From the NCBI GenBank assembly GCA_021817415.1, contig JAKAUZ010000003.1, positions 50,141 to 114,140 on the forward strand: a stretch of 64,000 bases of DNA. Reading direction: 5' to 3'. The notes beneath the pieces are model-generated. The model did not search any database, was not told where the DNA came from, and saw only the letters and a list, made by a program, of their open reading frames with translations. Shown piece by piece: positions 1 to 9,692 of this stretch. The DNA comes from Thermoplasmata archaeon (lineage in GTDB: Archaea > Thermoplasmatota > Thermoplasmata > Thermoplasmatales > GCA-001856825). The position numbers and the translations under genes are program-made. Numbering within the stretch: the first letter of the stretch is position 1; each line of letters begins with the position of its first letter.

Positions 1-49
1 GTCCTGTGGACGTATCTGTCATTCCCTTGTCTCCTCTTCCGCTGTACAC
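1..49 (-). CDS. 5' end of PduO-type cob(I)alamin adenosyltransferase (runs off window)
   Basis: GTG start at 49 gives (M)YSGRGDKGMTDTSTG, matching the PduO N-terminal Y[TS]xxGDxGxT ATP-binding motif; not in the ORF track. Confidence 0.7.
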   Translation of the reverse strand, partial: MYSGRGDKGMTDTSTG

Positions 50-162
50 AAAATTTCATCCAAATCTGGTATATTTGTTTTGGGAATAAAATTCACATAA
101 TTCAGACTTAAATATTCAATTTGCTGTAGTTAGATTTCTATGTTAGAACCGGTTTAGCATCA

Positions 163-224
163 GAGCAGGATGATGACATCAGCCTTAACTGATGATGATG
201 AATGACAGGCAGTCTGATCTGCTC
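163..224 (+). ncRNA. Archaeal C/D-box methylation guide sRNA
   Basis: Terminal stem GAGCAG/CTGCTC; C box ATGATGA 170-176; 12-nt guide; D' box CTGA 189-192; C' box ATGATGA 195-201; 12-nt guide; D box CTGA 214-217. Confidence 0.85.
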
Positions 225-233
225 ACAATAAGC

Positions 234-764
234 TCAGAATACCCTTCTGTTCAGGAACTGCATGAGGGTACGGAAATCACCACCTCTCAAAGCGCTATCG
301 AACGCTTTGAAGAGTTCGGTGGAATCATCAGCATTTGCAAGTTCGTAAATCCGGACTAGGATATTCTGCTGTCTTGTGATCAGCTTTCTGAGTTCCAGCT
401 CTATGGCAGATATCTGTTCATTTGTATCCCTTAGCTCTCTTATGAGCTCCTCCAGATCTTCGTAGTTATCCTTGATGTCTTCTTTCCCTCCCTCGAAGTT
501 GGATATATTTTCAATAAACTGTAATAAAGATAGCAAAGGTGCATTGGCACGGTAAAGTATCCTCTGAGGACCTTCCTCTGAGTTTATCTTTCCCACCCTG
601 TACACCAGCCCGTTGTTTTCCAGAAGTTTTAGGTGTTTTGCAATGAGTTGCTGGGAAGTCCCGACTGAACGTGCTAGCTCAAATGTATAAGAAGGCCTGA
701 TAGACAGTATGCTGAGCATCTTCCTTCGAATGTCATTATCTATCAGGTCCAGCAAATCGGTCAT
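234..764 (-). CDS. ArsR-family wHTH regulator with C-terminal coiled coil (Phr/HSR1-like heat-shock regulator)
   Basis: HTH ELARSVGTSQQLIAKHLKLLENNGLV; heptad-rich C-terminus; starts 2 bp after hsp20. Confidence 0.75.
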   Translation of the reverse strand: MTDLLDLIDNDIRRKMLSILSIRPSYTFELARSVGTSQQLIAKHLKLLENNGLVYRVGKINSEEGPQRILYRANAPLLSLLQFIENISNFEGGKEDIKDNYEDLEELIRELRDTNEQISAIELELRKLITRQQNILVRIYELANADDSTELFKAFDSALRGGDFRTLMQFLNRRVF

Positions 765-766
765 AT

Positions 767-1306
767 TTATGAGATGGGAATCTTCTTCCCTTTACTTTTC
801 TTTGGGGATGCCTTTTTGACAATTATGTCCAGTACTCCATTGGAATACGTTGCCTTTATGTTTTCCTGATCAACTTCCTCCTCCAGCTCTATTTCTTTGT
901 AGTATTTTCTGTCATTTTTATCTACCTTCACCACTAGTGAGCTGTTTTGCACGTCGAGTGAGATATCACTTTTGTCGACTCCCGGTATCTCCATCGTTAT
1001 ATCGAGTTCGTTTTCCCTTTCTTGAATATCCGTGACAGGTTCCCTGTATTCCGGACTTGGTAAGCTTGAATACTCCTTCGGAACGTTACCGAATTCCTGG
1101 AACACCGGTTTGCCATCGGGACCTACCCTGTACGTAAACCCGTAAACGTATGATCCAGGTTGCCCCTTCAGACTCTCCATTTCATCGAACGTATCGAACC
1201 ACCTTTCGAACATTCTCCTGTATTCCCTGTCGGCATTTTCAAGGAAGTCATAGATGCTGTCCCAAACTTCGTCATCATCCTTTTTCCTTATTCTTCGTAT
1301 TCCCAT
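767..1306 (-). CDS. hsp20: Small heat-shock protein Hsp20
   Basis: Archaeal Hsp20 motif YGFTYRVGPDGKPVFQEFGN, alpha-crystallin domain (EIPGV...ATYSNGVLDI), C-terminal IPI. Confidence 0.95.
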   Translation of the reverse strand: MGIRRIRKKDDDEVWDSIYDFLENADREYRRMFERWFDTFDEMESLKGQPGSYVYGFTYRVGPDGKPVFQEFGNVPKEYSSLPSPEYREPVTDIQERENELDITMEIPGVDKSDISLDVQNSSLVVKVDKNDRKYYKEIELEEEVDQENIKATYSNGVLDIIVKKASPKKSKGKKIPIS

Positions 1307-1325
1307 GTTATCTACCTCCGGTTAC

Positions 1326-1351
1326 CAACCTATTGTTGTGTAGTAATTACT
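1326..1351 (-). promoter_or_regulatory. Candidate heat-shock repressor operator
   Basis: CAAC-N5-GTTG (1326-1338) and palindrome AGTAATTACT (1342-1351), upstream of the GGAGGT RBS of hsp20. Confidence 0.45.
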
Positions 1352-1447
1352 TTCGAGTATATTAACATTTCTTGCACAGGCAGCTTAGCTCTCCGTGCTG
1401 TTCTATTGCCCGAGGTCAATCGAATCCAGTAAAAAAGGTCGTTAAAT

Positions 1448-2869
1448 TCAGACGAACCCGTTTCGGACCAGACTTTCAATGGTCTTCTTTCCGACTCTCT
1501 TGCTGGCAAGTAAAAGAATTGAGGGTACTACCACTATGGCACTTCCAATCGTTGCAACTTCGGCAAACAGGATGGGGCTGTCAGTCACATAGGTCACTCC
1601 AATTATGATGGACGACACCACCATTGCTATTATGAGGGGCAATGCCAGAGCCATTTGCCTAAGGTTGTATTGTCCGGGCATCAGCATATCCTCCTTTATC
1701 TGTACTGGAGAAAGGAATGCGGAAAGATAAATCGTCATTATGAGCAATGATGGAAATACACATAACAGTACTAACCCATATCCAAGCGCCCCTGGAAACC
1801 CGTAATAAGCAAGGATGAAATTCGACACGGCGATCGGCGACAAGAGGACCAAAAAAGAGAGGACTCTAGCCCCAATCGCTATTCTCAGATACCGGACAGG
1901 ACCAACTGACAGGAATCCCAACCACAGTCTTTCGTTCGCCAAGACGCCCATCGAAACGAACATCACTATGATTATTGAATATTCAGAAAGAATCACAGAT
2001 AGCACGTGAAACAAGGATTTTGAGATCATGGTCTGAACTATAAGGAAATAAACGATCCCCAGAATCACGGTCACAAACAATCCGTTCCTCAACTGAAATC
2101 GTCCAGATCTGTAGGAAGAACCTCCTCCAATGGTATTCATTCTCCCTGAAATCTCTACTATATTGAAATGTTCCGAAAATATTGCTCCAACAGAGGATAA
2201 TCGAGCAAAGTTTCTGTTGTTCTTGACGTCCTTTGAAGTGGAAAGCGACATTCTTTTCATCAAGTCCAGGTCAACTCTCATGAGTGACCTGAAAGCCAAA
2301 GGGGTTGTTACTAGCGCCAGGACGGATGCAGTCAGAGCAGAAGTTACAGGATGCCCAGTGAAAATCGCAGCCGGTGAATACTGGAGCCCAAGAAGTGATG
2401 ACAATGACCACGCTGCAAGGCCAATTGCAATAGGAAATCTCCATTTAAAGTTCAAGGCATAAGTTGCTGGTCCAAGAGAGGTGGCTGAAAGTGCGGTGGC
2501 TATGATAACCACTATGGCAGAAATGAAGACGGTCTTCAGATAACCTGCCATGTAAACATAAAGATAGAATATCATCAACCCAAAACTTAGAAACTGTACC
2601 AGGTACAGAGAAATCGCAAGATCAACCCGCTTAATTGGCATCGTAAATAGATAGTCCTTGTCTGATTTCAGCACCGCTATCCCTCCATTCAGGGTGGGCA
2701 GTGCGAGAACGAAAGCGGTGATTGCTGGCCCATAGTACAAGGAAAATGTGCTTGCACCCGAACTGACACGATCAAACAGAATGACATAAAAGCCCATCAG
2801 AACTAGGAGGATGAGAATTGATTTAGAAAATCTTGATACAATTACGAATCTGATGACTTTACCCAACAT
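1448..2869 (-). CDS. Multi-pass ABC transporter permease
   Basis: About 12 hydrophobic segments, DYLFTMPI motif, overlaps the upstream ABC ATPase. Confidence 0.75.
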   Translation of the reverse strand: MLGKVIRFVIVSRFSKSILILLVLMGFYVILFDRVSSGASTFSLYYGPAITAFVLALPTLNGGIAVLKSDKDYLFTMPIKRVDLAISLYLVQFLSFGLMIFYLYVYMAGYLKTVFISAIVVIIATALSATSLGPATYALNFKWRFPIAIGLAAWSLSSLLGLQYSPAAIFTGHPVTSALTASVLALVTTPLAFRSLMRVDLDLMKRMSLSTSKDVKNNRNFARLSSVGAIFSEHFNIVEISGRMNTIGGGSSYRSGRFQLRNGLFVTVILGIVYFLIVQTMISKSLFHVLSVILSEYSIIIVMFVSMGVLANERLWLGFLSVGPVRYLRIAIGARVLSFLVLLSPIAVSNFILAYYGFPGALGYGLVLLCVFPSLLIMTIYLSAFLSPVQIKEDMLMPGQYNLRQMALALPLIIAMVVSSIIIGVTYVTDSPILFAEVATIGSAIVVVPSILLLASKRVGKKTIESLVRNGFV

Positions 2870-3596
2870 TTACAAGCATCCTCGCTACGACGCTCTCAAT
2901 TGGCTCATCCTCATGTCCTAGCTTCTTTAAATCCATCAGGGTACCGGACCACATCACCGCCCCGTGAGATATCATTATCACCTTGTCTGCAAGCCTCCCT
3001 GCAACCCCCATGATGTGAGTCGACACAAGTTGAGTGGAATTCAAACCGTTGAGGTAGGAGATCACGTTCTCCTGTGTCGGGATATCTAGGTAATTAAGAG
3101 GTTCATCCAGGAAGATGACAGGAGGGTCGTGAATTATCGATAGGGCAAGTGCAAGTTTTTGGAGATTCCCCCTTGAAAGCCTGCCGACCTTTGCTTTTTC
3201 ATATTCCCTCAGTTTCAGCATGTCAATGAGTTTGTCCGTTTTCAGTGCAACGTCTTCTATGCCTCTCAACGCTCCTATGTACTCTAGATTCTCCCTTACA
3301 CTCAGGGTCCTGTAGGGGGATGCATCTTCAGGCAGATAGCCAATAATTCTTCTGGCCTCTTCAGACGTTGGTTCCATGTTGCCGATCTTAGCTTCGCCAA
3401 GGTCGGGAGTCAGGAGGCCTACCAGAATCTTAAGCGTCGTAGATTTTCCAGCACCGTTTGGTCCCAGCAAGGCACATCTTTCACCAGGTTCAAGCCTGAA
3501 ACTAAGATTTTTCAGGGCGACAACGTTTCCATATTTCTTGGTCACATTACTTACCTCAATGGATGGGGCAACTTGATTGTTCGTCACGGTAATCAT
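2859..3596 (-). CDS. ABC transporter ATP-binding protein
   Basis: Walker [10 protein letters not shown], signature LSRGN, Walker B IFLDEP. Confidence 0.95.
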   Translation of the reverse strand: MITVTNNQVAPSIEVSNVTKKYGNVVALKNLSFRLEPGERCALLGPNGAGKSTTLKILVGLLTPDLGEAKIGNMEPTSEEARRIIGYLPEDASPYRTLSVRENLEYIGALRGIEDVALKTDKLIDMLKLREYEKAKVGRLSRGNLQKLALALSIIHDPPVIFLDEPLNYLDIPTQENVISYLNGLNSTQLVSTHIMGVAGRLADKVIMISHGAVMWSGTLMDLKKLGHEDEPIESVVARMLVNVG

Positions 3597-3603
3597 CTCT
3601 CTG

Positions 3604-3674
3604 AGATTCCAACCCCAACCATGGAAACATATAGGATTATTATTGCAATCCTACCCATTCCATAGTGGGAATCT
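3604..3674 (-). promoter_or_regulatory. Long interrupted hairpin immediately 5' of the ABC ATPase start
   Basis: Nested inverted repeats AGATTCC/GGAATCT, ATGGAA/TTCCAT and TAGGATT/AATCCTA; additional G-U pairs on the minus strand. Confidence 0.5.
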
Positions 3675-3715
3675 ATTGTTGGACCAGTATATCACGATAT
3701 ATGAGATTGTTGGTC

Positions 3716-5518
3716 TCAGAGATCACCGAGATACCCATCACGCTTGTGGATTGCAGTGTCATATTCTACGACCGCAAGAATCAACGAAAGGTGACTGAGT
3801 GCCTGCGGGTAGTTCCCCAAGTATCTTTTTGTTCCAAAATCTATCTCTTCTGGGAGGAGGCCAAGAGAATTCTCCAGTTTGATGATCTTATTCAAGCCCT
3901 TGAACGCCTTTTCTAGGTCTCCCCTGATTATTAGGTTCCTTATGTACCAGAACGAAAGCATGAGGAACGCATTATCATCACCGCCGAGACCATCCTCAGA
4001 TGTATATCTCTTGAAGAAGAACTCCTCCCGCATAAGTTTTTCAACAATGGAATCCAGTGTTCTCGAGTAAGTTGGATCATTTATATCTGAAAAACCTATA
4101 AGTGGGAGTCTCAGCAGTGAAGCATCCACATCCTCAGAACCATAACTTTGCGAATAGTATCCTTCCTTGCTTATTCCCTTTGAATTTACTTCATCCTTCA
4201 CATCCTTTGCCTCCGCCTCGTATCTCATCGAAAGATCATTCATGCCAAGGTATGATGACAGCCACGATAAATCCTTGAAGGCCCTCCACGCTGCCACTTT
4301 TGAATAGACGTAATTCTTCTTCGGTCCTCTTATCTCCCAGATGGATGAATCCGGTTCTCTCCAGATCTGCGACAGTAAGTTTCCAACTGAAAGTATTTTT
4401 TCAAGTGCATGAAGGTTGAGGAATCCCCCATTTCCCATCAATATCCTGAGGCCGTGAATGAGGGACGCGAATTGGTCAATCTGGAGCTGGCCGTATGCAG
4501 CATTGCCGTACCTGACTGGCCTGGAATCAAGATACCCTGATAGGTCAGTTTCAATCTCATTTATCGGAGCAGCATCATTGATTGAATATACAGAAAAAAG
4601 CCTTCCGTCTTTCTCATACCTGTCAATGATGGAAAGATAGAACTTCATGGCCTCTTCGATGTATCCTACCCTGGTCATTGCCTCTATAACGAATGCGGTA
4701 TCCCTGATCCACATGTACCTGTAGTCCCAGTTCCTCCCCCCTCCTATTGTTTCCGGGAGGGATGTTGTGGGGGATGCAACCATGAATCCTGTAGGTTCAA
4801 AAAAAAGCCCCTTCATCAGTAACAGAGACCTGTTGACACTCTCATAGAAAATCCCCTGGTACTTTGATCTTGACAGCCAATCCTTCCAGAAAAATCTCGT
4901 CTCTCGCAATCTTCTTTCGCTGCTGAAATTTCGCAATGAGAATGCGGTATCGAGATTGTATGCAGCCACCAACCATTTTTCCTCCCCAGGTTTGACTCTC
5001 ACCTTTCCCTGAAAAGTGCTTCCCACTCTTTCGAGATGAAAGTCGGTAGCAAGGAACTCGGACCTGCCCCCAGTACCTATTAGGTAACCAACATTCTTGA
5101 ACTCTTTGAAATCCTTCCTTTCCTCCTTCAGAAATGGTGCGAAAGTGACTTCTAGTTCTAAACTGTCTAGAGATTTAATCATCCTGTGGATCTCTGAAAA
5201 ATATACTGCTGGATGATTTGTCATTGGAAGGAAATCTATAATGGTCAGGACATTTTCACCTTTCGAATGGAAGTTGGTCCTTAGTACGTTTGTATCGGGT
5301 TCGTACTCCTGCCTGCTCTCATAGCTTTCCAGTAGTGGTGTTATCGAAAAAAAACCGCCCCTATTACTGTCAAGCAATGATACAAAGGTGGGCAGTGAGT
5401 CAAAATTTGGGAAGCAGGCAAAATCAATTGTCCCATCAGTGGAAACAAGAGCAGCAGTTCTATTGTTAAGCAACACTCCGTGAGATTCTATACTCCGGTA
5501 CCCTTGATCTTTTAACAC
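3716..5518 (-). CDS. Glycoside hydrolase family 15 (trehalase/glucoamylase-like)
   Basis: ASPTTSLPE..GGGRNWDYRYMWIRD, IWEIRG and GNYPQALSH motifs. Confidence 0.92.
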   Translation of the reverse strand: MLKDQGYRSIESHGVLLNNRTAALVSTDGTIDFACFPNFDSLPTFVSLLDSNRGGFFSITPLLESYESRQEYEPDTNVLRTNFHSKGENVLTIIDFLPMTNHPAVYFSEIHRMIKSLDSLELEVTFAPFLKEERKDFKEFKNVGYLIGTGGRSEFLATDFHLERVGSTFQGKVRVKPGEEKWLVAAYNLDTAFSLRNFSSERRLRETRFFWKDWLSRSKYQGIFYESVNRSLLLMKGLFFEPTGFMVASPTTSLPETIGGGRNWDYRYMWIRDTAFVIEAMTRVGYIEEAMKFYLSIIDRYEKDGRLFSVYSINDAAPINEIETDLSGYLDSRPVRYGNAAYGQLQIDQFASLIHGLRILMGNGGFLNLHALEKILSVGNLLSQIWREPDSSIWEIRGPKKNYVYSKVAAWRAFKDLSWLSSYLGMNDLSMRYEAEAKDVKDEVNSKGISKEGYYSQSYGSEDVDASLLRLPLIGFSDINDPTYSRTLDSIVEKLMREEFFFKRYTSEDGLGGDDNAFLMLSFWYIRNLIIRGDLEKAFKGLNKIIKLENSLGLLPEEIDFGTKRYLGNYPQALSHLSLILAVVEYDTAIHKRDGYLGDL

Positions 5519-5620
5519 TGTAGGTTAACTGAACATTCTTTTAAATACTTTTCAACCCTCATATTGGCGATGGCGATGAAGATGCAAATAGTAAATTGGG
5601 GATGATTCTCTTAGTATCAT

Positions 5621-5638
5621 TATCGATTACGATATCGT
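5621..5638 (+). promoter_or_regulatory. Candidate PadR operator
   Basis: TATCG-N4-CGATA inverted repeat with an overlapping CGATATCG, about 30 bp upstream of the PadR gene. Confidence 0.55.
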
Positions 5639-5663
5639 TATATAGAGACTTGAAATCACGGTT

Positions 5664-6200
5664 ATGGAATCTGAAGAGGGTCGATGGAGCAGGGGAATAG
5701 TATTCTTCATAATACTGACTATGGCCCGAGACGGTCCTATATATGGAAACCAGGTAGCAAACCTGATTTATGAGAGAACGAATGGTGCGTGGAAACCTAG
5801 TGCTGGCTCCATATACCCGGCATTAGATAGGTTGGCCAGGAGAGGCTTGATTGAACGATACGAAGAGGGAGGCAAGGCTATGTATAAGCTTACAGATAAA
5901 GGCCTCTCTCTGATAAAAAAGATTGGAGAAGGGCACCTAGACAACTCGCCTATGATGAAGTTCATGGGAAAGTTGTGGATGGACGTCATGAATCCGGAAG
6001 CAAAGGCCAGATTCTTGCTGAACTCGATACAGAACGTGGGCTCCTCTCTTGAAACCAACCTGAAGAATATCCATTCCGGGTTCAGGAATGAGAAGGAATA
6101 CGAAGTGTTCCTGATGACATTTGAGCTTGAACTCGAAAGGCTGACCAAGATCCTCTCAGATGCGAGAAAGGAACTTCTACAATCAAAAGAGGTGATATGA
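5664..6200 (+). CDS. PadR-family transcriptional regulator
   Basis: GPIYG...WKPSAGSIYPALDRL...YKLTDKG. Confidence 0.93.
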   Translation: MESEEGRWSRGIVFFIILTMARDGPIYGNQVANLIYERTNGAWKPSAGSIYPALDRLARRGLIERYEEGGKAMYKLTDKGLSLIKKIGEGHLDNSPMMKFMGKLWMDVMNPEAKARFLLNSIQNVGSSLETNLKNIHSGFRNEKEYEVFLMTFELELERLTKILSDARKELLQSKEVI

Positions 6201-7198
6201 TGAATGGAACCATTATAGAGACAAAAAATTTGACAAAGATATACAATGGGAAAATAAAGGCGGTTTCTGACCTGAATTTGGAAGTGAAGGAGGGGGAGAT
6301 CTACGGACTTGCTGGACCCAACGGAGCTGGAAAGACTACGACAATTAACATGCTGATAACACGGATCTCACCGACTGGAGGCGAAGCCATCGTGGGCGGA
6401 TATGACATTGTCAAGAATTCCCTTGACGTTCGCAGGTTAATAGGTGTGGTCCCGCAAGACTTTACCGCGGATGAGGACCTCACAGGAAGGGAGAACATGA
6501 TGATGGTATCCCAGTTTTATGATGTACCAAGGCAGAAGGCACAAGAAAATTCCAACACTCTCTTCAAGCTCGTCGATCTGGAAGAAGCAGCTGACAGACT
6601 TGTAAGGACATATTCAGGAGGAATGAGGAAGAGGCTCGAACTGATCCTCGGTCTGGTCCATGAACCCAGAATTCTATTCCTTGATGAACCAACTCTAGGC
6701 CTTGATGTGCAGACAAGGACACAGATGTGGAACTATGTTAAGGAGATACAGACCAGACTGAACGTCACTATAATTCTTACGTCCCACTACTTGGAAGAAA
6801 TAGACGAGCTTGCTGATAGGGTCTCTATAATTGACCATGGAAAGGTTCTGATAACAGGGAGTCCCGAGGAACTAAAGGGCTCCCTCAATGGTGATATAGT
6901 GACCGTTACGTTGACAGATCAGAAGAGCGCAGAGCTGATGAAGACCATGCAGGGAATTGTAGAAGTAAATGAGGTTGGTCCCAACACTTTAAGAATAAAG
7001 GTCGCAAGTGCCGATGAATCTCTTCCAAAAATTATAAATTTCATATCACAGCACAGCCTCTCTATCACGAAGCTGACCGTCCAGAAACCAACACTGGACG
7101 AAGTGTTCCTTGAATATACTGGAAAGACTATTCGGGAAGCAGAGGGAGGAGATGAAGCGAGGAAGCTTGCGATGAACATGAGGAGGGCGAGACAATGA
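6197..7198 (+). CDS. DrrA-like ABC exporter ATPase
   Basis: GPNGAGKTT, YSGGM, LFLDEPT, C-terminal PTLDEVF. Confidence 0.95.
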   Translation: MMNGTIIETKNLTKIYNGKIKAVSDLNLEVKEGEIYGLAGPNGAGKTTTINMLITRISPTGGEAIVGGYDIVKNSLDVRRLIGVVPQDFTADEDLTGRENMMMVSQFYDVPRQKAQENSNTLFKLVDLEEAADRLVRTYSGGMRKRLELILGLVHEPRILFLDEPTLGLDVQTRTQMWNYVKEIQTRLNVTIILTSHYLEEIDELADRVSIIDHGKVLITGSPEELKGSLNGDIVTVTLTDQKSAELMKTMQGIVEVNEVGPNTLRIKVASADESLPKIINFISQHSLSITKLTVQKPTLDEVFLEYTGKTIREAEGGDEARKLAMNMRRARQ

Positions 7199-8013
7199 GC
7201 GGGTTATGGCCACTGACAGTCAGGGAGTTGAAGAAGTGGGTGAGGAACCCGACATTCTTTTTCACAGGCCTGATCCAGCCAATTTTCTGGATAGCACTCT
7301 TCGGGAGCGCCTTCGACATAACAAAGTTCTTCAGCGGGCCAGAAGGTGGTTTGGCGGCGAGTTACATACTTGACGGAGCTCCGAACTACATTACTTACAT
7401 CGTGGGTGGCGTCCTCACGACCATGGGCCTATTCACTGCCATGTTTGCGGGTACCCAGATCATATTAGACAGGAGTCTCGGACCAATGGGGAGATTCCTT
7501 TCCTCTCCAATAAGGAGAAGTTCCATAGTGTTCTCAAAAATCATATCCTCTGTAATCAGAATACTGCCGCAGGCAGTAATTCTGGTCGTGGCTGCATACC
7601 TCATCCCAAATGGACTGAAGTTCCCCCATGGATTCACGGTAATTGATGCACTGATAATGACGACTGCAATAATACTGATAGCATTCATATTCTCATCCAT
7701 ATTCAGCGTGATAGCCACCAGGATGACAAATATGCAGTCTATATTTGGCATAGTGAATCTGGTGAATCTGCCATTGATGTTTGTGAGCTATGCAATGTTT
7801 TCAAGGCAGATGATGGCAAACTGGCTTGGGGACGTCGCACAGTACAATCCTGTCTCATGGTCAGCGGAAGCAATAAGGACAGTGATAATAAACGGAAATC
7901 TGACCTCTTCTCAATGGGTCCAGGAAGGGAGGTGGCTTGGGGCTCTTGCGGCACTCGCTGCAGGTCTTCTCTTGATGACTTACTACCTGGTTGAGAAGGA
8001 AATTAGGGACTAA
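7195..8013 (+). CDS. ABC-2 type permease (DrrB-like)
   Basis: Six TM helices, NPVSW motif, ATGA overlap with the ATPase. Confidence 0.9.
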   Translation: MSGLWPLTVRELKKWVRNPTFFFTGLIQPIFWIALFGSAFDITKFFSGPEGGLAASYILDGAPNYITYIVGGVLTTMGLFTAMFAGTQIILDRSLGPMGRFLSSPIRRSSIVFSKIISSVIRILPQAVILVVAAYLIPNGLKFPHGFTVIDALIMTTAIILIAFIFSSIFSVIATRMTNMQSIFGIVNLVNLPLMFVSYAMFSRQMMANWLGDVAQYNPVSWSAEAIRTVIINGNLTSSQWVQEGRWLGALAALAAGLLLMTYYLVEKEIRD

Positions 8014-8070
8014 AGGAAGATGGGGTAGTCAGAATGATTACCTCTATCTGATATTTTATTGAGACAAAAA

Positions 8071-8178
8071 TGATCTAATGATTGATGAATCCACAATGGA
8101 GGGCTAACATTAGCAATGGGTGTGAACCATGAAAGAAGGATCATGGTTTCACTGTGGATTTAATGTAAAACTAGATCA
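8071..8178. other. Multi-branch inverted-repeat element (candidate ncRNA or MITE relic)
   Basis: TGATCTA/TAGATCA enclosing AATCCACA/TGTGGATT, which encloses GCTA/TAGC and GTGAACCATGA/TCATGGTTTCAC. Confidence 0.4.
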
Positions 8179-8291
8179 ACCACTACTGCAAAGCCAGGAA
8201 ATGGCAATCTATATTAATGAAACAATGGGACGAAATTTAAACTTCTCACAAAGATAGAAAAATTAATCAATGAAACATTCCATCAATACTT

Positions 8292-8849
8292 ATGTTTGCA
8301 AATTATGAAAAAATGATAGACTTTACAAAGGGCGCAATAATTGTATGGGATGTTCAGGAGGCTCTGGTCTCAAGAATTTTCAACAGAGAGGAATTTGTTT
8401 CAAATCTACAGAAAATTATCAAAAGCGGAAGAGAAAAAGGAGTACCTATTCTCTACACACGCATCACCCCATTACCCGAGAAATTTGAGTCGCCGCTAAG
8501 GAAGAATTCAGGGATGAGTAGGTTTGAGCCAGGAGACATAATAAAGGAAGTATACCCGATCGAGGGAGAAATGGTAATTAACAAGAATACCGCAAGCATC
8601 TTCGTTGGAACAAATTTTGAGCTCCTAGCCAGGAATTATGGCATAACCACACTATTCCTGACTGGAATTGCAACAGAAATGGGTATAGAAACCACTGCAA
8701 GGCACTCGCTTGCACTCGGAATACTGCCTGTAATAATAGCAGACGCGGTGTCATCGATGGATAAAGAAGCGCACGAAAGAAGTTTGTTGAATATGGGGAA
8801 GCTGATGCCAGTCCTGAAAACTGAAAATTTCTTAAAAATGCTCAAATAG
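8292..8849 (+). CDS. Isochorismatase/cysteine hydrolase family protein
   Basis: [30 protein letters not shown]; Gly at the usual catalytic Cys position. Confidence 0.88.
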   Translation: MFANYEKMIDFTKGAIIVWDVQEALVSRIFNREEFVSNLQKIIKSGREKGVPILYTRITPLPEKFESPLRKNSGMSRFEPGDIIKEVYPIEGEMVINKNTASIFVGTNFELLARNYGITTLFLTGIATEMGIETTARHSLALGILPVIIADAVSSMDKEAHERSLLNMGKLMPVLKTENFLKMLK

Positions 8850-9334
8850 GATGGTATGGCCCGCAGTGACAACTCAGTTAAAGAAGACGATCCATTCAAT
8901 GTTATTTAATTGTAACCTTATTTAGCGGTTGATTATCCAACACTGTCAATGGAGCTATCATCCATCGGAAGGATAAATTGAGTGGATATGGATCGAGTCC
9001 TCAAGAAGGGGGGACTCTCGTGTTAAGGTGCGAATTTCAAACTCTGAAGTTTCTCGCTACCGAAACTGCATTCTTCAATGGGCGTGATTTCTTGATACCG
9101 GAACTGGGTCCCCCTACGCCTAGATGTATAGGTGATACAGGTTTCCTGTTGAGGCTGTCTATATGAGCATAAGGATAGAAAAATCCTGTAGAACTTTAAA
9201 GAGAGGACAGAATGATTCCAGTCTTTTAAAAAAACAATTTCTTGCAACATTCTCCATGCCCCCCCAAAACCTTATGGGTGCGTTTATAAGGGATTTATAG
9301 TGTTCAAATCAGGACTCAGATTTCAGATCGACAG

Positions 9335-9517
9335 TTAAGCTGACGGGCCAGTTCTTTTCACTTCTAGGTATGGGAGAATGCCCGTTAGGATCAGGAATAT
9401 GGCGCTACCAAAAGTTACAAAGGGAGGACCAAAAGCATCAATCAGTAATCTTGTCATGTCCACAATGGCTGCGATTATATCTTTAAGAAAAGAAAGCGAA
9501 GCCTTACTTATGTCCAC
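9335..9517 (-). pseudogene. Short hydrophobic ORF, possible C-terminal fragment of a transporter
   Basis: LLIDAFGPPFVTFGSAIFLILTGIL resembles the last helices of an MFS protein; isolated in a gene-poor stretch. Confidence 0.25.
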
Positions 9518-9692
9518 GGCTTTGTAGTTTTTAAGAAATTCTATAGTTAAATTCCGATTTTTGTAGTTTAATTGTTTCCTGTTAGAAAGCCTGTTATCTT
9601 GACTTAGTTCGTGCAGTAGATGAAGACTAGAGAAATTTTAAAATGACGGATTGATCAATAAAATATAAAATAAAAGAATGAATTCTTTGGTA

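Noticed and set aside
5566-5600. GGCGATGG resembling the start of a fluoride riboswitch
   Set aside because: The complementary TCGCC and the downstream pseudoknot are missing, and no crcB is adjacent
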